Assembly: GCA_049512935.1 (NCBI GenBank)
Contig: JBEKWR010000011.1
Coordinates: 1-64,000 of the forward strand
Length of the DNA stretch: 64,000 nt
From: Candidatus Bathyarchaeia archaeon
GTDB taxonomy: Archaea > Thermoproteota > Bathyarchaeia > Bathyarchaeales > Bathycorpusculaceae
Direction of reading: 5' to 3'
Shown here: piece after piece, positions 10,674 to 19,391 of the stretch
Layout of the letters: the number at the start of each line of letters is the position of its first letter
How positions within the stretch are numbered: the stretch's first letter is position 1
Program-made: the position numbers and the translations under genes
The notes under the pieces: generated by a model
What the model was told of the DNA's origin: nothing
Databases searched by the model: none
Seen by the model: the letters and a program-made list of their open reading frames with translations, nothing else

Positions 10674-11174
10674 TTACAGCTTCTCAACCAAATCCGCAAG
10701 TTTTCCCTCTTCATTTAAACTACTAAACATTGGAAGCCCAAACGCTTCAGCTTTCTTTCTTTCCAACTGAGACTCCATTATCAAACCTGAAATGGCCACG
10801 GTTTTTTCGTCCACGTAGTTTTTTGCTTCATCCGCGGTTTTTGCAGCAACGATCTTTGACAGTTCCTTCTCATGCTCGAAGCCTTCTAAAATAACGAAGT
10901 TGACACCTGCGAGATGCGACAAAATTTCTTTTATGTTGAGCCGTTTTTTTAAGAATATGACGGTTTCTTCCCGCGGAACCGCCACTATGATTTCCGCGCC
11001 CGCTCTTTTGTACCTGTCAGTTTCTGTCTCGGGCGTGTCCAACGTCGGAATCCTGACCATCTCCTTCACCGTTGCCACATGGTAGCCGCGGCTCTTCAGT
11101 TCAGCTATTAAGTGCTCTATCACCGTGGTTTTTCCCGAATGCTTCCCGCCGACGACCGCGACTATTTTTTGCAA
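10674..11174 (-). CDS. mobB: Molybdopterin-guanine dinucleotide biosynthesis protein B (copy 1)
   Basis: VVGGKHSGKTT P-loop and ILEGF; likely TTG start at 11174. Confidence 0.85.
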   Translation of the reverse strand: MQKIVAVVGGKHSGKTTVIEHLIAELKSRGYHVATVKEMVRIPTLDTPETETDRYKRAGAEIIVAVPREETVIFLKKRLNIKEILSHLAGVNFVILEGFEHEKELSKIVAAKTADEAKNYVDEKTVAISGLIMESQLERKKAEAFGLPMFSSLNEEGKLADLVEKL

Positions 11175-11241
11175 CTCGCAACCCCTATTAAGCCTTTTAC
11201 GATAAACGAGCCATATAAGTTTGAGTCTAATCAGCTTTTGG

Positions 11242-12624
11242 TTAATTTGCGCTGTGCTGTGTGGCGTAGAGTGCGGCGTCAAGGATTAAGCCGTTCGTGC
11301 CGCTGCCACCCCCAGGAATGTATTCTCCGCTGTTGTCCGCGCCGTCGTAGTACCCGTGTGTTGGGGTGGGAAGAGTTTTTTGAAGGTAAAGAATCAGTTT
11401 TAGGGCGTATGTCGAGTTGTAGAGAGCCATGAAGCTGAAGGCCACTTTGATGTAGATGAGGGGCTCAATGTTCAAGTACCCGCTCGCTTGGGCACTCGTA
11501 ATTTTCCATGTGCCACCGTCGGGACCAACTACCCACTCGTAAATGTACGTGCTTGTGAAAGAGTTGCCTTCGCTGAAAGCAACGTACTTTCCAGTCGCCT
11601 CATAGTTCGCCACGTGGGCAAGGTAAACCTGCTTCATCAAAGCGTTCAGCTGAGGGTTGCTGCTGTTAAGTTCGAAGATTGCGCAAAGCAAGGGTTCACA
11701 GGTAATTGCCGTGGCAGGCAAAGAAACGCCGTAAGTTGTCACGTTCTCGGTTTTATCGATATTGTTCATGATTGCGTCTGGAACGTTACCTACTTGCTGG
11801 GGCCAAAAGCTTGCAAACCCGCTGTCAATGTAGACATTGTAAACGTCGTTGGACGAAACGTTGCTCTCGACACTTGGGATCAAGGCTGCGTAGTCACTTT
11901 CATTGTAAACGATGTAATCTATGCTTGACGACAAACTAGCGTTGAAGTTTCTAAGATTGTTGAGAGCGACAAACAATCTTCCCGTGTCAGCCACGTCAAC
12001 GATGCCTGTCGCCTGGTTCGACAATGAACTGTAGTCCTGCCCGTTTGTGGCACTGTAAAACCAGAATGGATAGCCAGTAGTTGCGTTCAGGGGTCGAGTT
12101 TCCAGAAAATCAATAACCTTCTCTAATCTTTCGCTTGAACCCCACGTGCCGCTAGAATTGACCAACCCAAGTTCCTGCGCGTCGATAACGGCTTGGATGT
12201 AAACGCCTAAATCCCAAGCGGTAAAAGCCTTAAAACTGCTTCCTCCAGCGTAGGGGAGCCCCGTGTTAGGGTCAACGCCCACGCCTGGTTGAAAGTAAGC
12301 CCAAGCATTTGCCGCCACACTAAGCCAGACAGACGAGTTGAAAGGTTGACTTGACGAAATCAACACGGCTCCAGTTTGAGCAGGCGGGACATCAGCGCCG
12401 AGCCATCGACACAATTGCGGGTTCTCATAGGACAGGGACACAACAAAGGAAATCAGGATGACGGCGATGATAGCGGTTGCAGCCAGAATCTTGGTTTTCC
12501 TGCCAAAACGCAAACGGCTCTGCTTTCCAGAGGCTTTTTTGTCGTCAGCCACGGTGAGAGCGGCTAAATTGGCAAGTCTGACTCGTCTATGCAAACCGAT
12601 TTTGTCTTTTGATGTTTGTGTCAT
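11242..12624 (-). CDS. DUF3131-like glycoside hydrolase-fold membrane-anchored protein
   Basis: AANAWAYF, TAWDLGVYIQAVIDAQELGL and DTGRLFVAL motifs. Confidence 0.7.
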   Translation of the reverse strand: MTQTSKDKIGLHRRVRLANLAALTVADDKKASGKQSRLRFGRKTKILAATAIIAVILISFVVSLSYENPQLCRWLGADVPPAQTGAVLISSSQPFNSSVWLSVAANAWAYFQPGVGVDPNTGLPYAGGSSFKAFTAWDLGVYIQAVIDAQELGLVNSSGTWGSSERLEKVIDFLETRPLNATTGYPFWFYSATNGQDYSSLSNQATGIVDVADTGRLFVALNNLRNFNASLSSSIDYIVYNESDYAALIPSVESNVSSNDVYNVYIDSGFASFWPQQVGNVPDAIMNNIDKTENVTTYGVSLPATAITCEPLLCAIFELNSSNPQLNALMKQVYLAHVANYEATGKYVAFSEGNSFTSTYIYEWVVGPDGGTWKITSAQASGYLNIEPLIYIKVAFSFMALYNSTYALKLILYLQKTLPTPTHGYYDGADNSGEYIPGGGSGTNGLILDAALYATQHSAN

Positions 12625-12843
12625 TGAAGCCAGCTTAAATGTTTGGTTAAGGACATGGATAAGTAAATAGTTTGATTTAAAACTATGGCAAAATCGAAGA
12701 TTCTAAATAGTTTCCCAGCGTGAGACAAACCCTGTTTCTCGCTCAATGGCTTAGAAACGCAGCCAATGACGCTGAAAATTGGGAAGCTGAGCGCAATTTA
12801 TAAAACCAAGCGGGCGGCTTTTCAATCAGGAGCGTGAAGTTGC

Positions 12844-13410
12844 ACGGTTTTAGTTGTTGCCGCCGTCGGCGTGAGCGGCTCAGGAAAAACGGTTACTTTA
12901 GAGTACTTGATTTCTCGCCTGTCAGCCGAAGGCTTCAAAATCGGCTCTATCAAGCATGTTCACCACAAAGGCTTCACCATGGATAGGGAAGGCACGAACA
13001 CTTGGCGGTACGCTAAGGCAGGCTCCAAGGTAATCGTGGCGATTTCGCCTGAAGAAATAGACATCATAAAGAAAACTCAGATGGCTCTCAACGATTTAGA
13101 CCGCATAATCGCGCTTCTTGCAGATGAGAAGCTGGACGTCGTTTTCATCGAGGGCTTCCACAGCCTAATCGCTAAAAGACAAGACGTACCCAAAATCGTA
13201 ACTGCGAAAGATCAAGCGGGTCTCGAGCAGACGTTGCAGGGCACCGTGGAGCCGATCATCGCGATCGCTGGAGTAGTCGCCAAAAACTCAGCCAGCAACA
13301 CATACCGCAACATACCGATAATCAAGGTTCCCGAAGACGGAGAAAAACTCGTCGCCCTAATCAAGAACCATCTAAGCCAAAGTAAACCCAGCGGAAAAAC
13401 CGTGAACTGA
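12844..13410 (+). CDS. mobB: MobB (copy 2), probable ACG start
   Basis: VVAAVGVSGSGKT, IKHVHH, GTNTWRY and FIEGF; the ORF-track start at 12871 truncates the P-loop strand. Confidence 0.88.
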   Translation, partial: TVLVVAAVGVSGSGKTVTLEYLISRLSAEGFKIGSIKHVHHKGFTMDREGTNTWRYAKAGSKVIVAISPEEIDIIKKTQMALNDLDRIIALLADEKLDVVFIEGFHSLIAKRQDVPKIVTAKDQAGLEQTLQGTVEPIIAIAGVVAKNSASNTYRNIPIIKVPEDGEKLVALIKNHLSQSKPSGKTVN

Positions 13411-13420
13411 GGGAAAGGAC

Positions 13421-14506
13421 ATGGCTAAACGGGCTGCGCTTATACTGGCTGGAGGGAAAGCCCGCAGGTTCCAGGTTAAAGGCGGAAAATGGGAAGATAA
13501 GGCGCTAGCTACACTTGCAGGCAAGCCTCTTCTGGTTCACGCCGTGGAAAACGTGCAGGGCGTCGTTGACAAGGTTGCGGTAAGCGTAAGTGATGAGGAA
13601 CGAGGGGCAAGGTACGCTGAAATCCTAAAAACGCATGGTCTAAAAGTCGCGCAGATCGTGCTTGATGAAAAAACCGAAATCAGCGGTCCTACGGTGGCAA
13701 TCATGTCGGGGCTAAAACGGGTTCAAGCCGATTACTGCCTCACTTTGCCCTGTGACATGCCGTTTTTGCAGCCTGAAGTTGCAGATTACCTGTTCAGGCA
13801 GGCGCAGGGGTTCGACGTGGCTGTCCCGATGTGGCCTAACGGCAGGCTTGAAACCCTGTTGAACGTGATAGAGCGGCAAAACGGGTTAGAAATCACCGAG
13901 ACCCTTTGCAAGCTTAAGCGTCCAAGGTCAGACGACATCCAGCGGGGCGCAGGAAAAATCCTTTTGGCATCCACCGTAGGCGAGATTAAGGCGCTAGACC
14001 CTGAACTCGAAAGCTTCGTCAACATCAACTCCAAAGAAGACCTCAAGCAACCGCGAACCCGCCTTGGTCATGGTCCAGTCCAAGAAAACCTGCAGCTTAA
14101 CCTGGGTTCTTTTTCAACTTCTGGTTTGAATCTTCTTAGGGGCGGGGCAGGAATGGTTCAGGAAGGAAAACTTGCTGAGGCACAAAGCGTTTTTTCGTCA
14201 TGCACCAGAAACTTTGAGGCTAAGGAATCGTTCTTTTGGGCTGGAGTAAGCGGGGAAAACCAGGGTGAAGCTTTGTTGAAGCTTTCCGAACAGCAGCATG
14301 GACAGCAAGAGGCGGTTGAGCTGGATTTTGAGGGTAAAGACGCGTTCCTGCGGGCGGCGAACAATTATCGGGTCGAGGCGGAATGGCTTGAGGAGAACCG
14401 CTGCCGACTTCTGGCTGAACGAGCGTTTTCTGACAAGGCATGGTGCGAGTCATGGGCGATGGGAAAACACAGTCACGCTCACCGCTACCCGCCAAAAGTG
14501 GCTTAA
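13421..14506 (+). CDS. mobA: Molybdenum cofactor guanylyltransferase with C-terminal helical extension
   Basis: ILAGGKARRF, DKAL, PCDMPF and NINS motifs; ~150 extra residues. Confidence 0.88.
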   Translation: MAKRAALILAGGKARRFQVKGGKWEDKALATLAGKPLLVHAVENVQGVVDKVAVSVSDEERGARYAEILKTHGLKVAQIVLDEKTEISGPTVAIMSGLKRVQADYCLTLPCDMPFLQPEVADYLFRQAQGFDVAVPMWPNGRLETLLNVIERQNGLEITETLCKLKRPRSDDIQRGAGKILLASTVGEIKALDPELESFVNINSKEDLKQPRTRLGHGPVQENLQLNLGSFSTSGLNLLRGGAGMVQEGKLAEAQSVFSSCTRNFEAKESFFWAGVSGENQGEALLKLSEQQHGQQEAVELDFEGKDAFLRAANNYRVEAEWLEENRCRLLAERAFSDKAWCESWAMGKHSHAHRYPPKVA

Positions 14507-15774
14507 GGTTCAAGCACGGACAATTCCATTTTACCGAACAAGTTGACTTCCACTCTGCTGTCTTTTGCCAACGTGGTGTGTGGCGGCACGATGATGTACC
14601 CGTTTGATTTCACAATTGTTGTCAAGGCGCTTGAGCCGCCCTCAACAGGCTCAGCTAAAAACTTGTCTTCAGCCCGCCTTAGACGAACGAGCAGGAACCT
14701 GTATTGAGGGTCAGAATCCAGCGTTTCAGTTAACTCGGCAGTTAAACGTGGAAGCATGTCGGCGCCAGCTAGCTGGCTAATTAAGGGTGCGACGAAAAGG
14801 TAGAATCCAGCGATGCAAGACCCGATGTGCCCAGGCAGCATGACGACGGGTTTGCCGTTGACGATGCCGAGACCTGAAACCGCGCCAGGCCGCAGCAGCA
14901 CTCCTTGCACAATAACGCCTGGTTTTCCCAGCGAGTTTACCGCGTCGGGAACAAAATCTTTCACCCCGACCGAGGAGCCGCCGATAGTAACAACAATATC
15001 AGCCTCTGCCAAGGCTCCCCCGATTTTCCCCTGCACTTCATCTAAAGAATCAGGCATAATTCCCAGCAGCACCACCGAAGCGCCAAGCTCAGAAGCCAAG
15101 CCCGAGACGACGAGCGCGTAGTTGTTAGCGATTCCTTCAGGGTTTTCTTGGCATTGCTTGATTAACTCGTCTCCGCCTGACAGGATGGCGACCGTTGGCT
15201 TCTTGAACACTTCAGCCTTCGTTGACCCCACTGAGGCGAGCAACCCAACGTCTTGCGGCCTCAAAACCTGACCTTCCCTAAGAATCAAAGCGCCCTTCTT
15301 CACGTCGTCGCCTCGCGGAATTATTCCTTCCCCAAGCTCGATTAAACGAAGAACTTGAATTTGGTCGCCGCTTAGCCTGGTTTCCTCCACTTTCACGGTT
15401 GCGCCAGCGCCTTTAGGAATGGGTGCTCCGGTAGCAACGTAAACAGCTTCTCCGCTCCCAACTTTTATCGTCGTTGGATAGTCAGCTGGGAACAGCTTGC
15501 CAACAACCTTGAAAGTTGCGGGTTGGTTGACTGAGGCGCCTTTGGTTTGCTGCGGGTTGATTGCGTAGCCGTCGATGAAGGTTTTGTCGTAAGCTGGGAT
15601 GTTAACGTCCGAAAATGCGTCTTTTGCTAAGACTCTGCCTAAAGCCTCTGTTAACGGGATGGTTTCGCTGTGCAGTTTGACTTGGCGCATGGCGTCAAGG
15701 AGTTGTTTTTGCGCGTCCAGCGGGTTCGCGCGTTTGAGTAGCCTTCTAATATCGGGTCTGTTCACTTTGGGCAC
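14503..15774 (-). CDS. moeA: Molybdopterin molybdenumtransferase
   Basis: DGYA, TGAPIP, SGGDEL and GGSSVG motifs. Confidence 0.92.
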   Translation of the reverse strand: MPKVNRPDIRRLLKRANPLDAQKQLLDAMRQVKLHSETIPLTEALGRVLAKDAFSDVNIPAYDKTFIDGYAINPQQTKGASVNQPATFKVVGKLFPADYPTTIKVGSGEAVYVATGAPIPKGAGATVKVEETRLSGDQIQVLRLIELGEGIIPRGDDVKKGALILREGQVLRPQDVGLLASVGSTKAEVFKKPTVAILSGGDELIKQCQENPEGIANNYALVVSGLASELGASVVLLGIMPDSLDEVQGKIGGALAEADIVVTIGGSSVGVKDFVPDAVNSLGKPGVIVQGVLLRPGAVSGLGIVNGKPVVMLPGHIGSCIAGFYLFVAPLISQLAGADMLPRLTAELTETLDSDPQYRFLLVRLRRAEDKFLAEPVEGGSSALTTIVKSNGYIIVPPHTTLAKDSRVEVNLFGKMELSVLEP

Positions 15775-16560
15775 CTACAGAATTATTCTTTCCGCTCCCG
15801 TGTAAACGTTCATTCGGGTTCCGCGGACGAAGCCTACGAGGGCGATGTTGGCTTTTTCAGCCGACGAGATGCCTGAGTTAAGAACCGCCGCCACCGACGC
15901 CACGATGGGCAACCCGACTTTCGCCGCCTTGTAAATCATGTCGCCTGGCACCCGACCCGTAATAATCATGAAGCACTGGCTGAAATCCACGCGGGCAAGC
16001 GACGCCTCACCGATGACCTTGTCAACCGTGTTGTGCCTGCCGACGTCTTCGGAGAAAGCCACCATTGTCCCGTCTGCCTTAAAAATGCCTGAGTCATGAA
16101 GTCCCCCAGTTTCCTTGAAGCCTTTGGCTTTGCTGTTCATCTGGTTTATGCAGTCGAGAATGACCTGCGCCTTCACCTTCAGCGGCGACTTCACGACGGG
16201 TATTTTTTCGTCATGCTGGTACGGGGATGTGCTAGCTTTGATTAGCGGTATGATGCGCGTGCTACGGCGTGAATGCTTCATTCGCTCATTCAAATCCACG
16301 CTTGCCTTCAGCTTGACCTTACATGTATTCGCTTTTTCATCGGCACTTAACGATTCGATTTCGTCAACATCCCGGATAATGTCCTCGGCAAGCAGGTACC
16401 CGACCGCGAGCTCCTTGAACTGGCTTGGAGAACACCAAATCACAAACGTGTAAGCATCGTTGAGTGATATTTGGAGAGGAACTTCTTCGGCGACGCAATC
16501 TTTTGTTTTTTCTGTTTTCCCCGTTGATAAATCAAGCCTTATCATGTCAACCTGACGCAT
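15775..16560 (-). CDS. fdhD: FdhD-family cofactor sulfurtransferase lacking the Cys loop
   Basis: ELAVGYL, TGGLH, EDVGRHNTVDK and GFVRG motifs. Confidence 0.9.
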   Translation of the reverse strand: MRQVDMIRLDLSTGKTEKTKDCVAEEVPLQISLNDAYTFVIWCSPSQFKELAVGYLLAEDIIRDVDEIESLSADEKANTCKVKLKASVDLNERMKHSRRSTRIIPLIKASTSPYQHDEKIPVVKSPLKVKAQVILDCINQMNSKAKGFKETGGLHDSGIFKADGTMVAFSEDVGRHNTVDKVIGEASLARVDFSQCFMIITGRVPGDMIYKAAKVGLPIVASVAAVLNSGISSAEKANIALVGFVRGTRMNVYTGAERIIL

Positions 16561-16653
16561 AACGCTATCCTCTTGTATCGTTGTGTTTTGAACTCAACCC
16601 ACTTGATAAGGCATTCGGCTATTCTGACTTCTGTTCATTAGCGACTCGTATAG

Positions 16654-16698
16654 TATAGTAAACGTAATTCCCTGCTTTTCGTTTACTATAGTAAACGA
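16654..16698. promoter_or_regulatory. Perfect 20-bp palindrome plus an extra half site upstream of fdhD
   Basis: TCGTTTACTATAGTAAACGA at 16679-16698; TATAGTAAACG at 16654-16664. Confidence 0.6.
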
Positions 16699-16873
16699 GC
16701 ACGGTGCTTGCTCAAAAGTTTTGGGTGTTTATAAATTAGATGAAGCGAAGAGACTTAGTTTGCGGTGGCTTAATTTTTCCTCTATTTTTAGGCTGTAGAT
16801 GCAAAATGTATATGCTTTGACCTACCCGCAGGCTTGCAAGAGAGTACAAATAAAAAATAGCGAAGAAGGAAAA

Positions 16874-17689
16874 TTATAGGTATTTTTCGTAGAATTTCAG
16901 TTGCGGGTTGTTGGCTTTGTTGACGAAGATTTTGCCTGTGCCGTGCTCTGCGAGGTCGCCAAGGAACACGTAGAATGGCCCCGCCACGCTCTGTGTGTCG
17001 TCGACTTTGACTTTGGGTTTGACGCTGTCGATGGTGAACCCGGGCATTACCTCTTGAATCGTGCCTGTTATGACGATTTTGCCGCCTGTCATCAACGCGC
17101 CCGCGCGCGTGTCGCATTCCTTGTCCACGAGGATTGCGCCGTCGCTCATGTGGTAGCCGAGGAACCTGCCTGCGCCGCCTTTGATTTTGAGCACTCCGCC
17201 GTGCAGGTAGCAGCCGACGTCGCTTCCGACTTTGCCGTCAACCGTGATTAAGCCGCCCCTCATGCCTGTGCTGCTGCTTCCACGGTACGGTGAAGCCAAG
17301 TAGTCGCCTGCGTCGCCGTGAACCTCGATGGTTCCAGCTTTCATTTCGTTGCCTGACCATCCGCCGACGTTGCCGTTCACCGTGATTTTGCCGCCCTGCA
17401 TTTTTTCGCCCGTGTGCATGCCGCAGTCTCCGTTGACGACGATTTCGCCGCTTGTCATGCATTGGCCGATGCGTTTGACTTTGCCGCAGTCGCCGTTGAT
17501 GGTGATGTCTGGGGTTTCAGCGTTGTCCTTGGTTATTTCGAAGAGGTTGCATAGTTTCAGCTGCTGGTTTCCCTCGGTTGCGGGGAGATTTGCGATTTCA
17601 GCGATGGTTTTGCCTTTGAAGACGTCTGGGCTGATGCAAGCCGCTTGGACGGGCACCTCGAATTTTCGGAGGGGTCTTAGAGTTATCAT
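16874..17689 (-). CDS. fwdC: Formylmethanofuran dehydrogenase subunit C
   Basis: GxxMxxG beta-helix repeats and FLGDLAE. Confidence 0.93.
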   Translation of the reverse strand: MITLRPLRKFEVPVQAACISPDVFKGKTIAEIANLPATEGNQQLKLCNLFEITKDNAETPDITINGDCGKVKRIGQCMTSGEIVVNGDCGMHTGEKMQGGKITVNGNVGGWSGNEMKAGTIEVHGDAGDYLASPYRGSSSTGMRGGLITVDGKVGSDVGCYLHGGVLKIKGGAGRFLGYHMSDGAILVDKECDTRAGALMTGGKIVITGTIQEVMPGFTIDSVKPKVKVDDTQSVAGPFYVFLGDLAEHGTGKIFVNKANNPQLKFYEKYL

Positions 17690-17693
17690 TTTT

Positions 17694-19391
17694 TTACACC
17701 GTTGCCTTTATGGTTAGTTTTTCTGGGACTTTCAGGTAGTGATCGAACACTGGGTAGTTGTCGTATTCGATGGTCCAGTACTCACGGAATTTGCGTTTCA
17801 TTTCCTCGTCGATGATGCACGGCTCCTTTGTTTGCACGTCAAGCCACATGGTTCTGCCGCTGGCTTCGCCGACGACTTTGCCGTCTTTAACCACGATTTT
17901 TCCATCCTTGATGGTGTAGGCTGCATGCTTGAAGGCTTTGCGCACAGGCTTAAAGTCGACGGCTATGTCGGTTGTTTCAGGGTTAATGTTATAGATTGCA
18001 ACGTCCGCGTCTGCGCCGACGCCGAGGTGCCCCTTGTTTTTGAGCCCTAAAGCTTTGGCTTGCCCCGCCCGGGTCATGATTGCAAGCTCGTAAAGTGTGA
18101 GTTCCCTGTCGATTGAGGGCAGCAGACTCTTTTTCTGGGCTTTCTTGTTGCAGTGATTCAGTGTTGCCGTCCGTGCCTTCTTGCTGTAAAGCCAGGCGAG
18201 GATCCGCGGGTAAGCAAAGAATGGTCCTGCGTTGGGGTGGTCGGTTGTCAGGAAGATTTTCCACGGGTCCTTAACCAGCAACGCCAGCTCTAAGCCGATT
18301 GACCACTGTGTCGCGTTTACGGCGTTGTTTTTCTTGTATTGGAAGGGGATGATGCCGCCGCTTGTCTCGGTTTCTACGTCGCTGTTGACCCATTTGTGCC
18401 CGCTTAGCTCGTAGAGCGTGAACTCGAAGGGTCCGTCAGCGGTCATGGTTGTGGTGTCGGTGAATATGATTTGTCCCATGTCCACGGTCATGTGAGTGTG
18501 GGCGTTGAGGTAGCTGCTAATTTCCTCCGCCGCCGATTTAAAGTGGCTCCAGCCGTCACCTGCGAAACTGCTGAACTGCAAGTGCGTAATGTGCGCTACG
18601 GGTTTGCCGTCCGTGGACAAGTCTTCAAGCGCCCTCATCGTGTCCAAGGTTGTCGTGTAGTTTCCCGGCAGCCCCAGATTGTTGGTGTGAAGATGAATCG
18701 TGTGAGGCAGGTTAAGCATCTTGTTGACTTTCACTAAGCCACGCATGATTTCGCGCGGTGTGATGCCGAAGTTCGGCACTTGGTCGTCGATGCTGTGGAC
18801 GTTATGCCCAAAGCCCCAAGACTCCAAGCCGCCTGGGTTAACGATTTTTATCGCGTACCCCTTGGTGGTGTCCAGCATCCACGCTACGTGACGCGCGCAC
18901 TCTTCGATGTTGCCTTTGGCGAGGTTTTCAAGCACGAACCACCAGTCGCCCAGCAGCGGGTAAGTGGCTTTGTCCACGAGCGGGATGTCGTTGAGTTCTT
19001 CATGCGTGTGCTTCGCTTCAAGCGGCGCCATCGACGGGTTCATGATTGTCGTGTAACCCATGTGTGAGTAGCGGTAGCCAGTGACGAACGTTGACGGGAT
19101 CGAGTAGCCCGTGCCTGACCTTGTCATCGCGGTTTTGCGCACGACGTCTTTGACGTGGTCTTCAGGACGTACGATTCTGCCCGTGTTAACTTCGGCGCCT
19201 GCAACGTGAGTGTGAATGTCTACGCCGCCAGGCATGACTGTTAAGCCTGTAGCGTCAATCACTTGGGCTTTGCTGGATACTTTTTTGACGATTTTGCCGT
19301 TCTTGATGGCTATGTCCATTTTTTCTCCGTTGATCCCGTTTAGGGGGTCGAAGACGAATCCGTTTTTTATGATTAATTCAGTCATTTGCAA
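17694..19391 (-). CDS. fwdA: Formylmethanofuran dehydrogenase subunit A
   Basis: PGGVDIHTH, KIVNPGG and TTDHPNAGPF motifs. Confidence 0.95.
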   Translation of the reverse strand: MQMTELIIKNGFVFDPLNGINGEKMDIAIKNGKIVKKVSSKAQVIDATGLTVMPGGVDIHTHVAGAEVNTGRIVRPEDHVKDVVRKTAMTRSGTGYSIPSTFVTGYRYSHMGYTTIMNPSMAPLEAKHTHEELNDIPLVDKATYPLLGDWWFVLENLAKGNIEECARHVAWMLDTTKGYAIKIVNPGGLESWGFGHNVHSIDDQVPNFGITPREIMRGLVKVNKMLNLPHTIHLHTNNLGLPGNYTTTLDTMRALEDLSTDGKPVAHITHLQFSSFAGDGWSHFKSAAEEISSYLNAHTHMTVDMGQIIFTDTTTMTADGPFEFTLYELSGHKWVNSDVETETSGGIIPFQYKKNNAVNATQWSIGLELALLVKDPWKIFLTTDHPNAGPFFAYPRILAWLYSKKARTATLNHCNKKAQKKSLLPSIDRELTLYELAIMTRAGQAKALGLKNKGHLGVGADADVAIYNINPETTDIAVDFKPVRKAFKHAAYTIKDGKIVVKDGKVVGEASGRTMWLDVQTKEPCIIDEEMKRKFREYWTIEYDNYPVFDHYLKVPEKLTIKATV

